This document shows, piece by piece, positions 42,886 to 58,287 of a DNA stretch of 64,000 bases (position 1 is the stretch's first letter; each line of letters starts with the position of its first letter). The notes below the pieces were generated by a model. The model did not search any database. It saw only the letters and a list, made by a program, of their open reading frames with translations, and was not told the DNA's origin. Origin of the DNA: the human T2T-CHM13v2.0 reference genome, Homo sapiens. The stretch is taken from assembly GCF_009914755.1 (NCBI RefSeq), contig NC_060926.1. One strand, given 5' to 3'. A program made the position numbers and the translations under genes.

Positions 42886-43021
42886 AAGAACCCCTTATTG
42901 ACCCCTTAGACCTTCTCTCAACCATCACACCAGCTTGCCATGGAGCCCAGGCTTAATTTACCTTGGTATCCCAGCACCCCCAAGCCCAGAGAAGCACGGG
43001 GCTTGGTATATGGTGGGTGTT

Positions 43022-43381
43022 TGCTATAGACCAAATGTTTGTCTTCAAGTTCAGGTGTTGAAGCCTGATCCCCAGTGGGATGATACCTGGAGGTGGGACC
43101 TTTGGGAGGTGCTCGGGTCATGACAGTGGAGCCCTCACAAATAAGATTAGTACTATCATAAAAGAGACACTAAAGAGCTGCCTTGCCCCTTCCTTCAGGT
43201 GAGGACACAGCGAGGAGTAGGCTGTCTATGAACCAGGAAGTGGGCCCTCACCAGACACAGAATCTGCCAGCACCTCAATTTGGACTTCCCAGACTCCAGA
43301 ACTGCAAGAAATTAATTTCTATTGCTCACAAGCCACCCAGTCTATGGTATTCTGTTACAGCAGCTGGAGCAAACTGAGACA
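43022..43381 (+). mobile_element. MaLR solo LTR (MLT1A/B-like)
   Basis: 'ggaggtgggacctttgggaggtg', 'tggacttcccagactccagaactgc', 'aagccacccagtctatggtattctgttacagcagc...ctgagaca'. Confidence 0.88.
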
Positions 43382-43732
43382 GTACTTGACAGTGATTTTC
43401 ATGAAGGTTCTCCCTTGCTCATTTTTAAGCCCACTGGTTCAGACAGAAGCCTCTGGGAGAGCCCTCCAGAGTCCACCTTGAAGGCTTCATTCCTTCTACC
43501 CAGAGCATCTCCGTGGAGAGGAAGAAAAAGCATCAACGAAATGAGGTGCCCCAGCGGTTCTGGGGAGCAATTCCTCTCTTCATATGACCATTTGGGAAAC
43601 CCCCAGTGAGATGGAGTGTGCTTTTAAGCCATGAAAACCATGCACATCAGCCCCACCACAGAGGTGAGCAGAAATGTAGAATATGGTGTCTCTTTCTCCT
43701 CCTTTTATTTTCAGAGAAATAATTAGGGATTC

Positions 43733-44247
43733 TGTGGTAGGCAGCCTCTAAGATGGGCCCCAATGACCCCCACTCTCCCTGTATCCTCACCCTCATGTCA
43801 TCCTTTCCCTGTCGGTGTGGACCAGTCTAAGTAACTTGCTTCTATGACTAGAATAGGGCAGAAGTAATGAGATGTCACATCTTCATAGGTTATAAAAAGC
43901 ACTGTGGCTTCCATTTTGGGTCCTCTGTCCTACTCTCTCCAGAGTCACACGACCCCAGGGTAACCAGCCACATGTCACAAGGCAGCCTGTGGAGACGCCT
44001 AGGTGGGGAGGGACAGAACCACATGAGTGAGCTTGGAAACAGATGCCCCCATGCCAGTCAACCTTCAGATAAGACCAAAGCCTCAGGTGACAGCTTGACT
44101 GCAGCCTCATGAGCAGCCTTGAGTTACAAGCATTCAGCTAAGCCGTGTCCATATTCCTGACTCACAGAAAGTGTGAGATAACACACATTTGTTTTAAGCT
44201 GCCACGTTTTAGGGTGACATGTTACACAGCAATAGATAACTAATACA
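43733..44247 (+). mobile_element. MaLR solo LTR (MLT1E/F/G-like)
   Basis: 'tgtggtaggcagcctctaagatgg' ... 'cagcaatagataactaataca'. Confidence 0.85.
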
Positions 44248-44411
44248 GCTTCTTAGCCTGGCAAGAAGCAGGAAGAGTTAAGGAATTAAGACAGGGTGAT
44301 TCTGGTGAAGATGAGAAAGATGCAGATGTCATGGGTGAATGTCTAATACCTGAGAAATTCAGAAAAGGATTTCTAGGGCAACACAGAGTTAGAGCAGAGA
44401 AACTGAAGGCC

Positions 44412-44547
44412 AGGCCAGGCATGGTGTCTCATGCCTGTATTCCCAGTGCTTTGGGAGGCTGAGGCAGGAGGATCATTTTAGGCCAGGAGTTCGAGGTTAC
44501 AGTGAGCTATGATCACAGCACTGTACTTCAGCCTGGAAACAAAGAAG
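44412..44547 (+). mobile_element. Alu monomer (FRAM/FAM-like)
   Basis: 'ggccaggcatggtg...ggaggatcattttaggccaggagttcgaggttacagtgagctatgatc'. Confidence 0.8.
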
Positions 44548-46898
44548 GCCACTTCTTTGTTTCCAGACTCAAAGCAATTTATTAATACCAACTGCTTTGT
44601 CCTCTGACATTCCTGTGATTCCCGCTGAGTCACACCTCTGTATTCACGGTGTTTCAGAAATTCCCCAGAATTTACACTGGCAGAGGTGAGGGCAGAGTGA
44701 GGGCCTCATTGCTCTGGACGTTGGCGGGGCTGTCCCTCTTGGGTTTATCTGATGTCCACCTTTTAATCAATAATGACTAGCCTATGACAGGGACAAGGCT
44801 CAGGTCTAATGTCTGGGCTTATTGGAAGGCTCCTGTTCCTTTTGTTGTCTCTTCCTTCCTCATTCCCAGAGCTGCTCTGAATGCAGTGGGGCACCCGCCT
44901 TATCCAGATGTGCTGCTCACAAAATGGACAGAATTCACTGCTCTCTGTGTGCTTTACAACAAAAAATGTTGATAAGTTGCTGTTGGGACCCCTTAAATAC
45001 ACTTCGGGTGAGCAGCGGTTTCCCCTGCCCATCCCAGGCTGGATGGAAGTCATCCCTGCGGAGGGTAAAGCTCAGCCTCAGGGGTCAATCTGGATTTCTG
45101 TGGGGGCATCTGAGGAGGCTATCAGGTTCCCCAAATGTGAATTGAGTCCTGGTTCACATCTTGGGTGCTTCACGTCGTCCCCTTCTCACCGAAGGGGAGA
45201 GACAGCTGGCTGTGGCTGGCTTCATGTCCTAATTCAACAAAAACAACGCACCTAAGAAAATGCATCTAAATACTTCACAACATTTCCTCCTCTATCTGCA
45301 GAGGTTGGAGATGAGCATAGACATTACTGATTTTTGACCCTATCAAGTGACGCCTGCTTGAGGCACCCTGCAGTACCTGCCAGTGCCTTCAGACCTGGAG
45401 CCCCCATGGAAAATTTCTGTCTTATTTCCTGCTACCACCACGATCCTTTTCTTACTTCTCAAACCCATCTAAGCCATATTGATAATATTTTGTACCATCA
45501 AATACTTTTTGTAGAAAAGCACTTTTTATAAACAAAGCACAACTAAACTCAGGGCAAGAGATGGCTGAACTCATCACCTGATAACCCTTCTTTTCCACCT
45601 CCTGCCTCCTCCTGCCTCTACCATGTTGCCTTTTCCACCTCTGTGGCTCATGACCACACAGGATGCCAGGCGAGGTCAAATACAAGGTTGCTAGGAAAAA
45701 TCAGACAAGAAAATTAAGCAATGGCCAATTCTTGCCAGAAAACACTGTGATACCCCTTTGGGTTTTCATTGCAGGGGTCTTGAGGGCCACCCACACAGGT
45801 GACTTAAATCTTTCACTCTCTTATCAGTCTCTTGGGAGAGAATGTGGATCCACTGGAGTGGATGTAGGCCAACCCTCTTCTAGAGAAAAGTACAGCCACA
45901 CTGGATGGTCATTATCATGGTCCCCAAAGCCTCCATAGCTGGTCTCCCTGCACCGATCGTGTGTTTTACACCCGGTCTCCACCACTCAATGTACCACATA
46001 GGGGTTCATTGCATCTGTCACCCCCTGTGTTTTGTCCTTCCTTGTCATCCTGGGGCTCCTGTGGTGCTGGTTGGTGTAGATTGTCACTAGCAAGCAAGAA
46101 GGCCCCCCCACCCTACTTCTGTCCTGGGGTCACAGCCTGGCTGGCATTTAGGGCACTTAACTCTTCCAATGAATCATATTCTCCACTCCTGCACATAACT
46201 TCCTAGCATGTCTCAGGAGACATGCTGAACTCTCAGTAAACTGCTTTCAGAGAATTATTTAAACACATGAATAAGGATAGAGAGAAATATAACAAATGTC
46301 ATACGCCCACATGGCTTTATCAGATCTTAATATTTTGCCATATTTGTTTCAAGCCTTTAGAAAAAAACACATAAAACATTACAGACACAGATGAAGGCCT
46401 CCTTGATCTCATTCCCTTTCCCTACTCCTCAGAGATGCCACAACCTTAAATTTACTGTGTATTAATCTCAAGCCTGTTTTTTAGATTTTCCTACAGTATT
46501 CATTCCTAAGTAATATAAAGTATTGGTTTGTAAGTTTTCCATTTTATGGAAATCTGTCCTGTTGTATCTATCTTCCTGAAACTCATGATTGTTTTTAGAT
46601 TTATCCATGCAGATACCTGTTGCTCTAACTCCTTTAACTGCTGTATAATACTCAGTCATATGAACCTTATCAGAATTAATTTGTCTATTTTCTGCTGATT
46701 GTTTTTCAGTTCCTTTTCAATTTTTCACTACAGATAATGATGCAGTGAATATTTGTGCACATGTGTGAGAGGTTCTCCAGTCTGGATCCATGCTCTACAT
46801 CCTCACCAGCCCAGTATGAGTTTCTTATGTTTGCCTTTTGTGTCAACACTTGGTAGTGGCAGACAAATGTTTTGGCCAGTCTGATGTGTTGGAGGTTC

Positions 46899-47355
46899 TG
46901 TAGTTGATTTTGAGTGTCAACTTGGCCGGAATGTTTCTGTGAGGGTGTTTCTGATGGGGATTTACATTGAAATTGGTGGGCTTTCAGTAAAGCAGATTGC
47001 CTTCCAGAGCCTGGGCAGGCTTCGTCCAGTCAGTTGAAGGCCTGAATAGAGTAAAAGGCTGAGCTCCCTGAACAAGAGGAAATTCTCCAGCAAACTGTTC
47101 TTGGGACTTCACCTGCAACATCAGCTCTTCCTGGGGTCTTCAGCCTGATGGCCTTTTGACTTGAGCTGTAGCATTGTCTTCTCTCCGGGTCTGCAGCCTG
47201 CCAGCCCAGCATGCAGATTTTGGACTTACCAGCTTCCATAATCATGGAAGAGATATTAACTCTCATAATCATGGAAGTTAATTTCTTAAAATAAATCTCT
47301 TTCTATATACATGTAAATCCTATTTGTTTTATTTCACTGGAGAACCCTAATACAC
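46899..47355 (+). mobile_element. ERVL solo LTR (MLT2-like)
   Basis: 'gttgattttgagtgtcaacttgg', 'taaagcagattgcc', 'cagttgaaggcctgaatagag', end 'ctggagaaccctaataca'. Confidence 0.88.
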
Positions 47356-48120
47356 AGGTGGCATACTTTTTTGTTTGCTTATTTCTCTGATTACTAAGAG
47401 GTAATCATCTAGTCAAATGCTCATTTGCCCTTTGAGCTGCCTTCATCCATAACTTGTTCATGTCTTTTGGTCATTTTTTCCATTGACTTGCCAGTGTTCA
47501 TGTATTCTGGATTCTGGCCTTTGTCAATTATATGACTGCATTGCAAATACTGGTTTCTGGCTTGACATTTAACATTTTTTATGAATAATTTAAAAATTTT
47601 AAAATACAATCCTGCTTACTAAACCAAATAGTCTGTTAATTTTTGCATTAAGGGTCTTTTTGTATATAGTTTAAGAAAATAATTTCTTACTCTGAGTTCG
47701 TAAAGATAGTCTTCTACATCTTCTTCTAAATTATTTGAAGTTGTTGCTTTTTACACTTAGGTATGTAATCAACCAAGGATTTGTTTTTACATGTGTGTTG
47801 ATATAAGGATCTAATTTTATTATTCTTGTATGGATAACCTATTTTTCCTAAGTTATTTCTTGAACGAGCCCACCCCTTCTTTTTACTAATCTGTAATGAC
47901 TCTTCCATTATATATGAAATTTCCACAGATGCATAGGTCAGTTTCTGAGTTCTCTAATTTTCTATTGATCTATTCACTATCTATATATCGATATTGTACT
48001 ATGTTAAGTATTATAAATGTATAATTAGTCTTGATGATTATCAGCTTGTCAAATTTCACACACAAAAAAATCCCCTTCAAGATTTTGGATAGAATTGTAG
48101 TGAATTTAAAGAATAATTAG

Positions 48121-48448
<328 letters not shown>

Positions 48449-49092
48449 TGACATCTTTCTTAAATCAACACTAGTTTTTCCACTTAAGAATGTGGTGAAT
48501 CACTCCACTCACTAATATTTTCTTTCATGTCCCTCAGCTGTATTTCCAAGTTTCCTCTAAAACCAGCCAAATGAACCAAGAAAAATCAAAACCAAGCAAC
48601 GTGCACATATTTTGTTTAATGTATGCAGAAAGATCTTATAGCTTTAGTTGAAATATAAGACTCATTCTCCTGTTATATTTTCTAATTGGTTATAATTAAT
48701 ACATATAAATTGTACCCAATTTTGTGTATATATATTCGTTGGACTGTATTTTCATTTGAATAGTTTATTAGAAAATTCTCTTGAATTTTCTATATAGATT
48801 ATCATATTTCCTGCAGATAAAAATATTCTTGCTTCATTCTAAATTCTTATTCTCCTATTTCTTTTGCTTGTTTCATTGCCCTCAGTACGGCTTCCAGGAT
48901 ACTGATGAATAGACATATTGACAATGGACATCCTTGTCTTGTTACTGATATTGATGGGCATGCTTCCAAAGTTTCACCATTAATTATAATGTTTACTATA
49001 CACTTTTGATAGATAACCTTTATCACATTAAGGAAGTTCCTTACAATTGCTATTTTGAGCACTCAGCTCGCTTAAACCTCTCATGATTTTGA

Positions 49093-49377
<285 letters not shown>

Positions 49378-50024
49378 TAGTTACTAGGGAGTGAATTTTT
49401 TAGTTCCCACATATATGAGTTTGAGACTGTATTTTAGTATTGACTTCTAATTTAATTGGGTTGTGTTTAGAGAATATGATCTGTGTTATTTGATGATTCT
49501 AGATATTTGTTGAGTTCTTTGTGACCTAGTATGTGGTCAAATTTTTAAATAATCTGTATATCACCAACTGTTTTTAAATGATCTATGATGACCATTTATG
49601 TTTGGCCGCAAAGTTTTACACACACACACCCATTAGATAATGCTTGTTACTTTTGTTTTTCAAATCTTTTATAACCTAGTACTTTTTAAATTGCTTGATT
49701 TATCAACTTTTGATAAAGTTAAATGGGTTGTAATCTTAGACTTGTAGTTCTGTCAATTTGCTTACTATATTTTGAGGTGCGTGTATGTTAGACACATACA
49801 TATACACTTGGGCCTGTGACAGCTTCTGAGTCGGTTGGTGCCTTGATTATTATATAGTCTCTCTCCTATTATAATCTGTCTGCTATTGCTAGCATTTAAA
49901 TAGTGTATATTTTTCCATTCCTTTATTTTCAGCCTGTGTGATTTCATCTTAGATGGTATCTTGGAAGCAAGACCTACCTGGACTTTTTAGAAATCTAATC
50001 TAATCATTTTCTGTCTTGGAGTAG

Positions 50025-50465
<441 letters not shown>

Positions 50466-50673
50466 TAATGAGTAATGGAGGGAGCCCCATGAAGAGTGGA
50501 GTCTGCCTTCAGGAGCAGACTCTGCCTGGCATCCCAGAGGAGTCTGTGTCTTGAAGCAGTCAGTGCTCCCAGGGCTGAGCCGCTGGCCCTGAACAACCAT
50601 TCCTTGAATAAAGAAATAAAGAGTGAGGCTAACTCAAGACCCATCCTGGCTCCATAACTCTATTTCCAAAGTC

Positions 50674-50697
50674 TTTTTTTTTTTTTTTTTTTTTTTT
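50674..50697. repeat. Poly(T) tract
   Basis: About 24 T. Confidence 0.9.
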
Positions 50698-50979
50698 GCT
50701 TAACATTGCAGGGCACCTGCTCTATGCTCACTGCTGGGATCACACAGGGGAATGAGTAGAGCTCTCCCTGGCCTCAGACACCCCCACTTAGTGAGAAGGT
50801 TACCTGTGGGGACAACTCCCTTGCCAGGTGATAATAGCTATGATGGAAGCACCCACAGAATGTTTGAAAAGATTTGGCAAAAGTGGGGCCACAGTGTTGC
50901 CTTTGGCAACAGCTAGGTGAAGCTGATCAGCAGCCATCCCTTTGGGTATGTCCATGCTCCATTTCTCCACTGTCCTCAC

Positions 50980-51146
50980 CAAGGCCAGACTAGGTCAGGC
51001 AAACAAGGCCCAAGAAGCCAACTTTAAGGAGGCACTCATCTCCCAGTGCTAGCCTTGTACTTGCAAAGCCCCAAGAGTGAGTGCTTCCTTAAAACATGCA
51101 TCCTGGGCACCTTCCTAGCCTTGCCCTAGCCCTAGTCCTGACCCTG
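50980..51146. mobile_element. MER96-like hAT-Tip100 palindromic MITE
   Basis: Internal inverted 'tttaaggaggcactca...tgagtgcttccttaaa'; ends 'ccctagtcctgaccctg'. Confidence 0.8.
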
Positions 51147-53103
51147 GTCTCCAACACTCCCTACTGCCTCCCCAACAGTGAGGCCATGTATAAATGGTCA
51201 CATCCTGCTTGCTCTGTTGTTTGTCTACTGCTAGAGTTAAGAGGAATGTGAATTTTCTGGTATGCTTGTCTCCATCAAAACTGAGTAAACAAAATATAAA
51301 CCAAAAAGAGTCCTGGACTTCACCTGCCTGATTCACCTATTACATTCCCCATGGTCTTGAGTTTGAGAACCTGAGGTTCTCAGCCTGATTGCAAGGTCCT
51401 TGAGTGCCAAGGGCAAATGTCCCATAGTAGGAACTTTAGTCAGAGGAGCAATGGGAACAAATGTCTTTTAGAAAAATAACCCTTGCTTTGGTGGTCTGAG
51501 AGCTGATGTGGACTGAGAAATTGAGAGTCTCCTGCAAAGGTGAGGGCATAGAGAGGGGAGGGTGAGGGCAGCTGTGCTCACTGCAGGAGTCAAAACAAGG
51601 TTGGATGAGGTAGGACTTAAGAATTACTAGATGGCTCTATCAAGACTTCCTGGTCAGTGGTGAGGCTTTAAACAAGAAAGGAGTACGGAAGAAAGTGGAC
51701 ATTTGCTTTGGGTAAGCTGAGTTTGAAGTCAGGACATCAGAGTACACCGGAATCACAAGGACCATTGCTGAGAGGACTCCCACCACCATACAGACCCCTC
51801 CCTCCACTCTGGGCTCTCTCCAGGGCAGGAGTCCCACATGGCTTCTCAAGTGTGCCTCTGCTGGAGCCCAGCATAAAATATCCCCCAGCCGGGCAGCCAG
51901 GTTAACTTATTGTTAGCAGGCTGAAAAGGAGGCTGTTATTTCACAGCAGAGATAAAAGTTAATCACAGATTAGGACTGCCCAGAAAATATTGATGACTTC
52001 ATCCACCTGAGTACTAGCCTGGGGGAAGTGTTCACCACTCCTTAGTTGTCAGACCAGTCCAGCCAGTTCCCTGACTCCCTCTTTAAAATGCAGGCCCAGA
52101 CTTTAACAAAAGCCTGGACCCATGAATAGACAGCATTCATACGCGGGTTCTGAGTCATCCTGCAGACCTACTGCGTGCCCTGCCTTCTAGACTTCTGATT
52201 GGAGAAGGTCTCCGCTTACCTTCCGCCCTGCCTTGCCACTGGACCCTCCCTCCCACCCTCCCTCTCTCATTACAACTTTTATCTGGTGGCACCATCACCC
52301 TGGGAGACTCCAAAACAGAAAACCAGACAGACAGTTGTTACAGAATAAAAGACCTGTGTTTGCAGGTAAGGGGATTTCTCCATTCTGACCATCCAGATTG
52401 AGGACTAGAGAATCTATCTCTTTGGGTAAGATGAAAATGGATGAAATTCAAGCTGTGTTTGAAATAAAGATTTCATAAGTTATTATTGTTGGTTCCAAAG
52501 TATTAGGCAAAAACTGCAGGGGTACCTGGGGAGCCCACAGAGCAGGACACAGGAAGCAGAAACCTCTCTTAGGATGGTACAGGCAGGGGCACCAACTCTG
52601 TCCTCCTGAACTGGAGGATCACCTTCACACATTAAAGTTGTGAGCTCAGCTGGGTAAAATGCACACTACACAGATACCCCTGAAGCATGCGACATTCCCC
52701 AACACCCCCAGCTTTGGCTGTAACAGAACTAGTGTGGATGCCAAAACAAGATGCCCCACATGGTTAAAGAATCTGACGACTCTTTTTGTAGAGGAGTAGT
52801 CGACTATGTCGTTGTTATTCCCAAAGATGGAAGACAGAATCATCAGAAATTACAGTGACAGGGGTTTCTGCTCGGTAGTATGCCGAAAAGGTAAGGTCCA
52901 AACCCTCAGTCTCGCTTTCAAGGCCCTCCATGACCCGCAACTCCCCTCCTCCTCCTCCTTTTCTTTTCTAAGCTTTTTCTTATTATTGCCCTGCCCAGGG
53001 CCTGCACCCACCAACTGTTCCTAGTATCATTGGTTGATGATACCACGAACGATGAACCATGGGGCTGGCCTTCTCTCCAGCTCAGAACACACTTGCTTTA
53101 GCT

Positions 53104-53325
53104 CAAGACTGTCCAACCCAAGCCCGCAGGATGCACGTGGCCCAGGACAGCTTTGAATGTGGGCCAACATAAATTCATAAATTTTCTTAAAGCATTATGA
53201 GACTTTTTGCTATTATTTTTGTTGTTCTTCAGCAGCTAACATTAGTGTTAGTGTATTTTACGTGTGGCTCAAGACACTTCTTCTTCCAATGTGGCCCAGT
53301 GAAACCAAAAGTTTGGACATCCCTG
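53104..53325 (-). mobile_element. MER30-like hAT-Charlie element
   Basis: 'tggcccaggacagctttgaatg', 'ttagtgttagtgtattttacgtgtggc', 'aaaagtttggacatccctg'. Confidence 0.88.
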
Positions 53326-55799
53326 CAGTCTTTATGCTCGTCTAAATGTCCACTTCCTTCAGGCCCCAATGTGTCCCAGCTCCTCTAAGAAGCCTTCCTT
53401 GGGTTCCCACTCCCTTGGAACTTTTCTCTTCTGACCCCTCCCCTAGCCTACGTTGGTCCCCCACTCACTCATCCTCTGGGCCAGTCATTTGGCACACAGT
53501 ACACGTTGTGTTTCTGTGGAAGCCCTATGGGGAGAGAATGGGTTGTGGGGGCCAGGATCTGGAAGCTTCCAGTGGATGAAGAGGATGTCAGTGCTACTAC
53601 CAGGTAGGAAGGCTCCGGATTACTAAGAACCAAAGAGGTGGTGTTCCAGGGGTCAAGGAGAGAGAGAGCCCAGAGTGTGCAGGCCACTCAGAATACGCAG
53701 GGGAAGAGCAGGATTTGATTCAGGAGCCGGTGGGACCCCAGGAGAAGACAGGGAGACTAAACTGTCACCCTCCACCACAGGGAGTTGAAAGGCACAAGTG
53801 CGGACAAGAGGATCAATCAAAGCTCCGTTCTGTTCCCAATCCTTCCAGTCCCGATGCTCCAGAGAGCAGGGGAGGCACCTGTACACAGGTACTGGGCATG
53901 ATTGATGAGGCAGTGCCCAGGAGCCCAACTTCCTCGAAGCGAGAGAAAGGACAGAGATGCTAAGATCTGCACACTTCCACATTTTAGAGAATTTGGGAGA
54001 CCCATGTTGGATGTGGACCGTGGTTCTTATTTGTTTTATTTTCTGAGTGGTAGATGTGCTTAATCCCAGCACCTGCCTAAACTGATGACAACAGCGGCTT
54101 TCCTACTGGAAGGACATTGCCACTTGATAGCATATGCTGTACCTCGCTTGCATGTCCCTGCTTCCAAGCTTTGGGGATTTCTAGGATTGTTTTCTCCTAG
54201 TTTCCTTGTGTCACGTGGGCTCCTTTATAAAATATCCCCATATAATAGTGCATGATGTGCTCTATTACAAAACACAGATGTGTCTGTCCAAGACAGCCTG
54301 GGGGCAGCGAGCTGGGGCGTGGCAAGGAGACGAACTGGAATGACGGGAGAGCCCTAGTGGATGCACAGTGCACCGCTCTTACACCACAAGCCTCCCGCCC
54401 CAGCATGATTTAACCCGTGAAGAAAGCAGAGCATTTAATATGTTCTACAGATGTTTTAAAAAAAGAATAACGGCGCTTGTCCCAAGTGTGGGATGGAGGC
54501 ACACACTCTTCTGAGATGTGAAGCAAATTTCATATCTCAAAAGAGAAAAAGGACAACAGTTCCTGCTCAGTCACCAAGTCTGATTCTCAACCCTGGAACG
54601 CCTCAGCCTGCCTGAGCCCAGAAATGAGGCTCCTTGTGAACACTATGGAAATGCAATGGCTGTTTTGATTTTCCATAACGGACAGCACACTGGTCCGGGA
54701 GGCATATCCAATCTAAATGAACTAGCATCTGTGAAACTTCCTAGCACAGTCCCAGCACATCGCAGGAGCTGAACTAATGTTCTTTTCCCTTCCCAAGGAA
54801 CCCTGAAGCCTTTGAAGGAACCGTGATTGGGAAGGCATCAACATTTGCTTTTCGCTGGTATAAATTTGGACCACTGGTCTGCCCGGGGTGTCCCCTGCCA
54901 GTGGTCGTGGACTGCTAGGGAAGCACAGCACACCCCCCAACACCCCCCCGCAAGGAAGACCCTTCATTGCCCACCAATGTCCTCTTTCTGGCGTCCCTCA
55001 CATTCCTGGCCGAGACCCTCCCTTCAGTCACGCCATGAGGTCAGGGCCACGGTTGCCATTGTCTGCTGGAAGCCAGTGCAGCACTTGGAGCTTAGAAGAT
55101 GCACACAACTCTTTGTTAAAGAACAAAGAAATGGGAGAAATTTTTTAAAAGAAAATAAACAGAGAGAAAGAGGGTGAGACGAAGACTGTGGCTGAGGCTT
55201 TGTTTTCAGGCCGAAAGCAGGACACTCAGCTCATTCTCAATGAAACTTCAACATCGATAATTCAAATGTCTTAGAAATTGTACATTGGAAGGGGAAATAA
55301 AATGATTTTTCAGCTCTTTTAGGCTTACAGATACCTAAATGAAGCATAGATTGTAGAATGTTGTTCAGAAGGGAATTAAATTTGGATTTCATCCTTCCCA
55401 GGGACTGGGGGCACTGCTTGTCACTTTGACTCAAATGGAGAGTCCCTGCCACTGCTTGCTTGCCTTCATCTGACCACAATGTGCTAAGCGCCCAGCCCCA
55501 GGGTATAGCTGAGCCCTGCACCAGCTGCAGTGAACCGCTTGGCCGGGTGCCCTCTTAGATCCTCCCTGCCCTGTTCCCTGGCTCTCTGTCCCCTGCGGTC
55601 CTCTTCTCTAGGACTGTTGAAACTTCTCCGCATCTGGTCAGCTTCACACAAAAGGGCTCCTATTTTACAGGCTGAGAGCCCCTTCCTGTGTGTTGGCAAA
55701 ACTGACACATCACATTGCTTGGGTTTAATCTTCAGGTACTTTTTCTGTTTTTTTACCTATAAAATTAGTATAAGCATATGCTCCCGTAATCAACACAAT

Positions 55800-56250
55800 T
55801 TAGATAAAGCAAGAGTTCCTCTGGGCCCTCCCACTTCCATTTGCATTTTCTTTTCTGTGGACTAACTGGTCATCTTCTTTATCCACTTGTCTATGTGGTT
55901 GTTGATCTTGGTCTTTTTTCTTATTAACAGATAGGAGTTCTTCATAGAGCCTAGATAACAATCCAGAATTCATGTGTATACGCACGCATTTATCTATATG
56001 TATATGTATAAGCACATTACACACATACATTTGCACACATACAAATGTTAGAAATATCTTCTCCAACTCTGTTGCTTGTCTTTTATCTCAGCTTATAGAG
56101 GTTTCCGATTTTGAATCAGAAGTTTCACATTTCGTTGAAGGTAGACATCACTCTTTCTCTATTTGCTTTTGTGATTTGTGTCTTGCTCAAGGCCTTCCCT
56201 GTCCTACCCCCATGTCATAAGCATGTTCTCCACTATTTTCTTTCAGTCCT
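55800..56250 (-). mobile_element. Degenerate L1 fragment
   Basis: 'gcattttcttttctgtggactaactggtcatc', 'aatatcttctccaactctgttgcttgtctttt'. Confidence 0.55.
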
Positions 56251-57798
56251 TAATCTTTCTTCCGTAGGTAGCCAATGTCCAGCACGTTTGGTAATGACAC
56301 CTCCTCGGTGAAGCGCAAGGCCACCTTGACCCCAGCTCCCATGGGTCTGTCTTCAGGGGAATTTTGAGGTTGTTTTTGCTGCAGGGTGTCAGGAACTCCT
56401 TCCTCTCTGATTCTTGGAAAAGTTTACTGTTTGCTGCTGGCTTTGTGGTCTCTCCTCCCTGCGCAGGTAGGGTGTGGAGGGTAATCAGAGTCAGTCCAGA
56501 GGTTGCTCAAAGTTTCAGTTTATCTCCAGCCACTATTTGCTAACTCATCTGAGAATTCTGCCAAGATAAACATCAGACAGACCCTCCTATGGTTCAATCA
56601 GTCTGCTCCTGGGAAAATTAGGACATGTGTCTGCCCGGCTCTGCTGGTGTTCCTGAGAGTGACTGGTCTCTGTGTGACCTTTCATTGGCCAGGCTCCCCC
56701 AAGGGAAACGTCCACCAGCAGAAAAAGTAGGAAAAAAATCCCTTTATGCAGAGAAAATACACTGCAGAAACAAACATAGTCTAACCCTGCCTTTTAAAAC
56801 ATAGCTTTTAGACTGAAAGAGTTCACCCTTCCTCTCTCCACCTGGTCACTCTTGGGATGACAATTTCAAATCCCACATAACATTCACAGTGTGTTATTCC
56901 CATGCAATTACCTTGTTAGGTTTCATACATTTAGAACACGGAGCGGGACAGGGGATGCTTCTCCACAGTCTCTTCGTTATTGGGACATACTCCAACGCTC
57001 AGACAGCTCCACAATGCACCTTTCTCCCACTCTTCATTCCTTTTCTGGCAACCCTCTTTCTCTCTCAGAGGATTTTAAAAACATGTCTTGCTACAAAAAG
57101 CAAAGAATGACAGTTGCTTCAGAAAAATACCCAACTGAAAGATCCACTCCCTGACCATGGAGAGCTCACTACAGATCTAGAAACGCGAGGCAGAGACTTG
57201 AAGATGCTGCACACATCCTGTGTGGGAGTGGGAGAAAAGCTGCTGCTTCCTTAGCATTAAAACAGACAGGGTCATTTCAGCCTTGCAGGGGATGACCAGC
57301 CCTCACTGGAATTATGTGATGGCATCACATTTGCTCCTCATGTAAACATTCCAGCGGGAGAACGACTGCTCCCTGAAGACACTCATGGTGTGATAAACAG
57401 CAGTCAGTGGAATCAAGGCAGGGGCGAGGTCCTCTTCCTTCTGCCTCCTTCTCACCATGGCACCTTGAGAGAGGCCCTTTGTCCCTCGGGTTTTTCCATT
57501 TTCTCATTTGCAAAATGAAGAGGATCCCATCTACACCGTCGTGTTTAGAAATGACACAAGATCACAAAAACCTCTGCCGCCTCGAAGATACAGAATTGCT
57601 GGTGAGGCTCGTTGTCTGAGAGCCGGGCTCTGCTCCCCTCGGGGCCAAGTCTACCAATTGTTCTTTGGAAAACAAAAGTTGGAGGCATTAAAACTGGGCT
57701 GTTCCAAGTGTTCTTTACGTTTTATAAATTTTATAAGGTGAAACTCAATATTTAGATGATTGGTAGAAACGTCTCTTGGGGGCTTTATGGTTTTCTAA

Positions 57799-58287
<489 letters not shown>

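Noticed and set aside
43664-43714. Donor (gag|gtgagc) and acceptor (ttttcag|) pair
   Set aside because: The implied 51-nt intron is below the usual human minimum and has no other support
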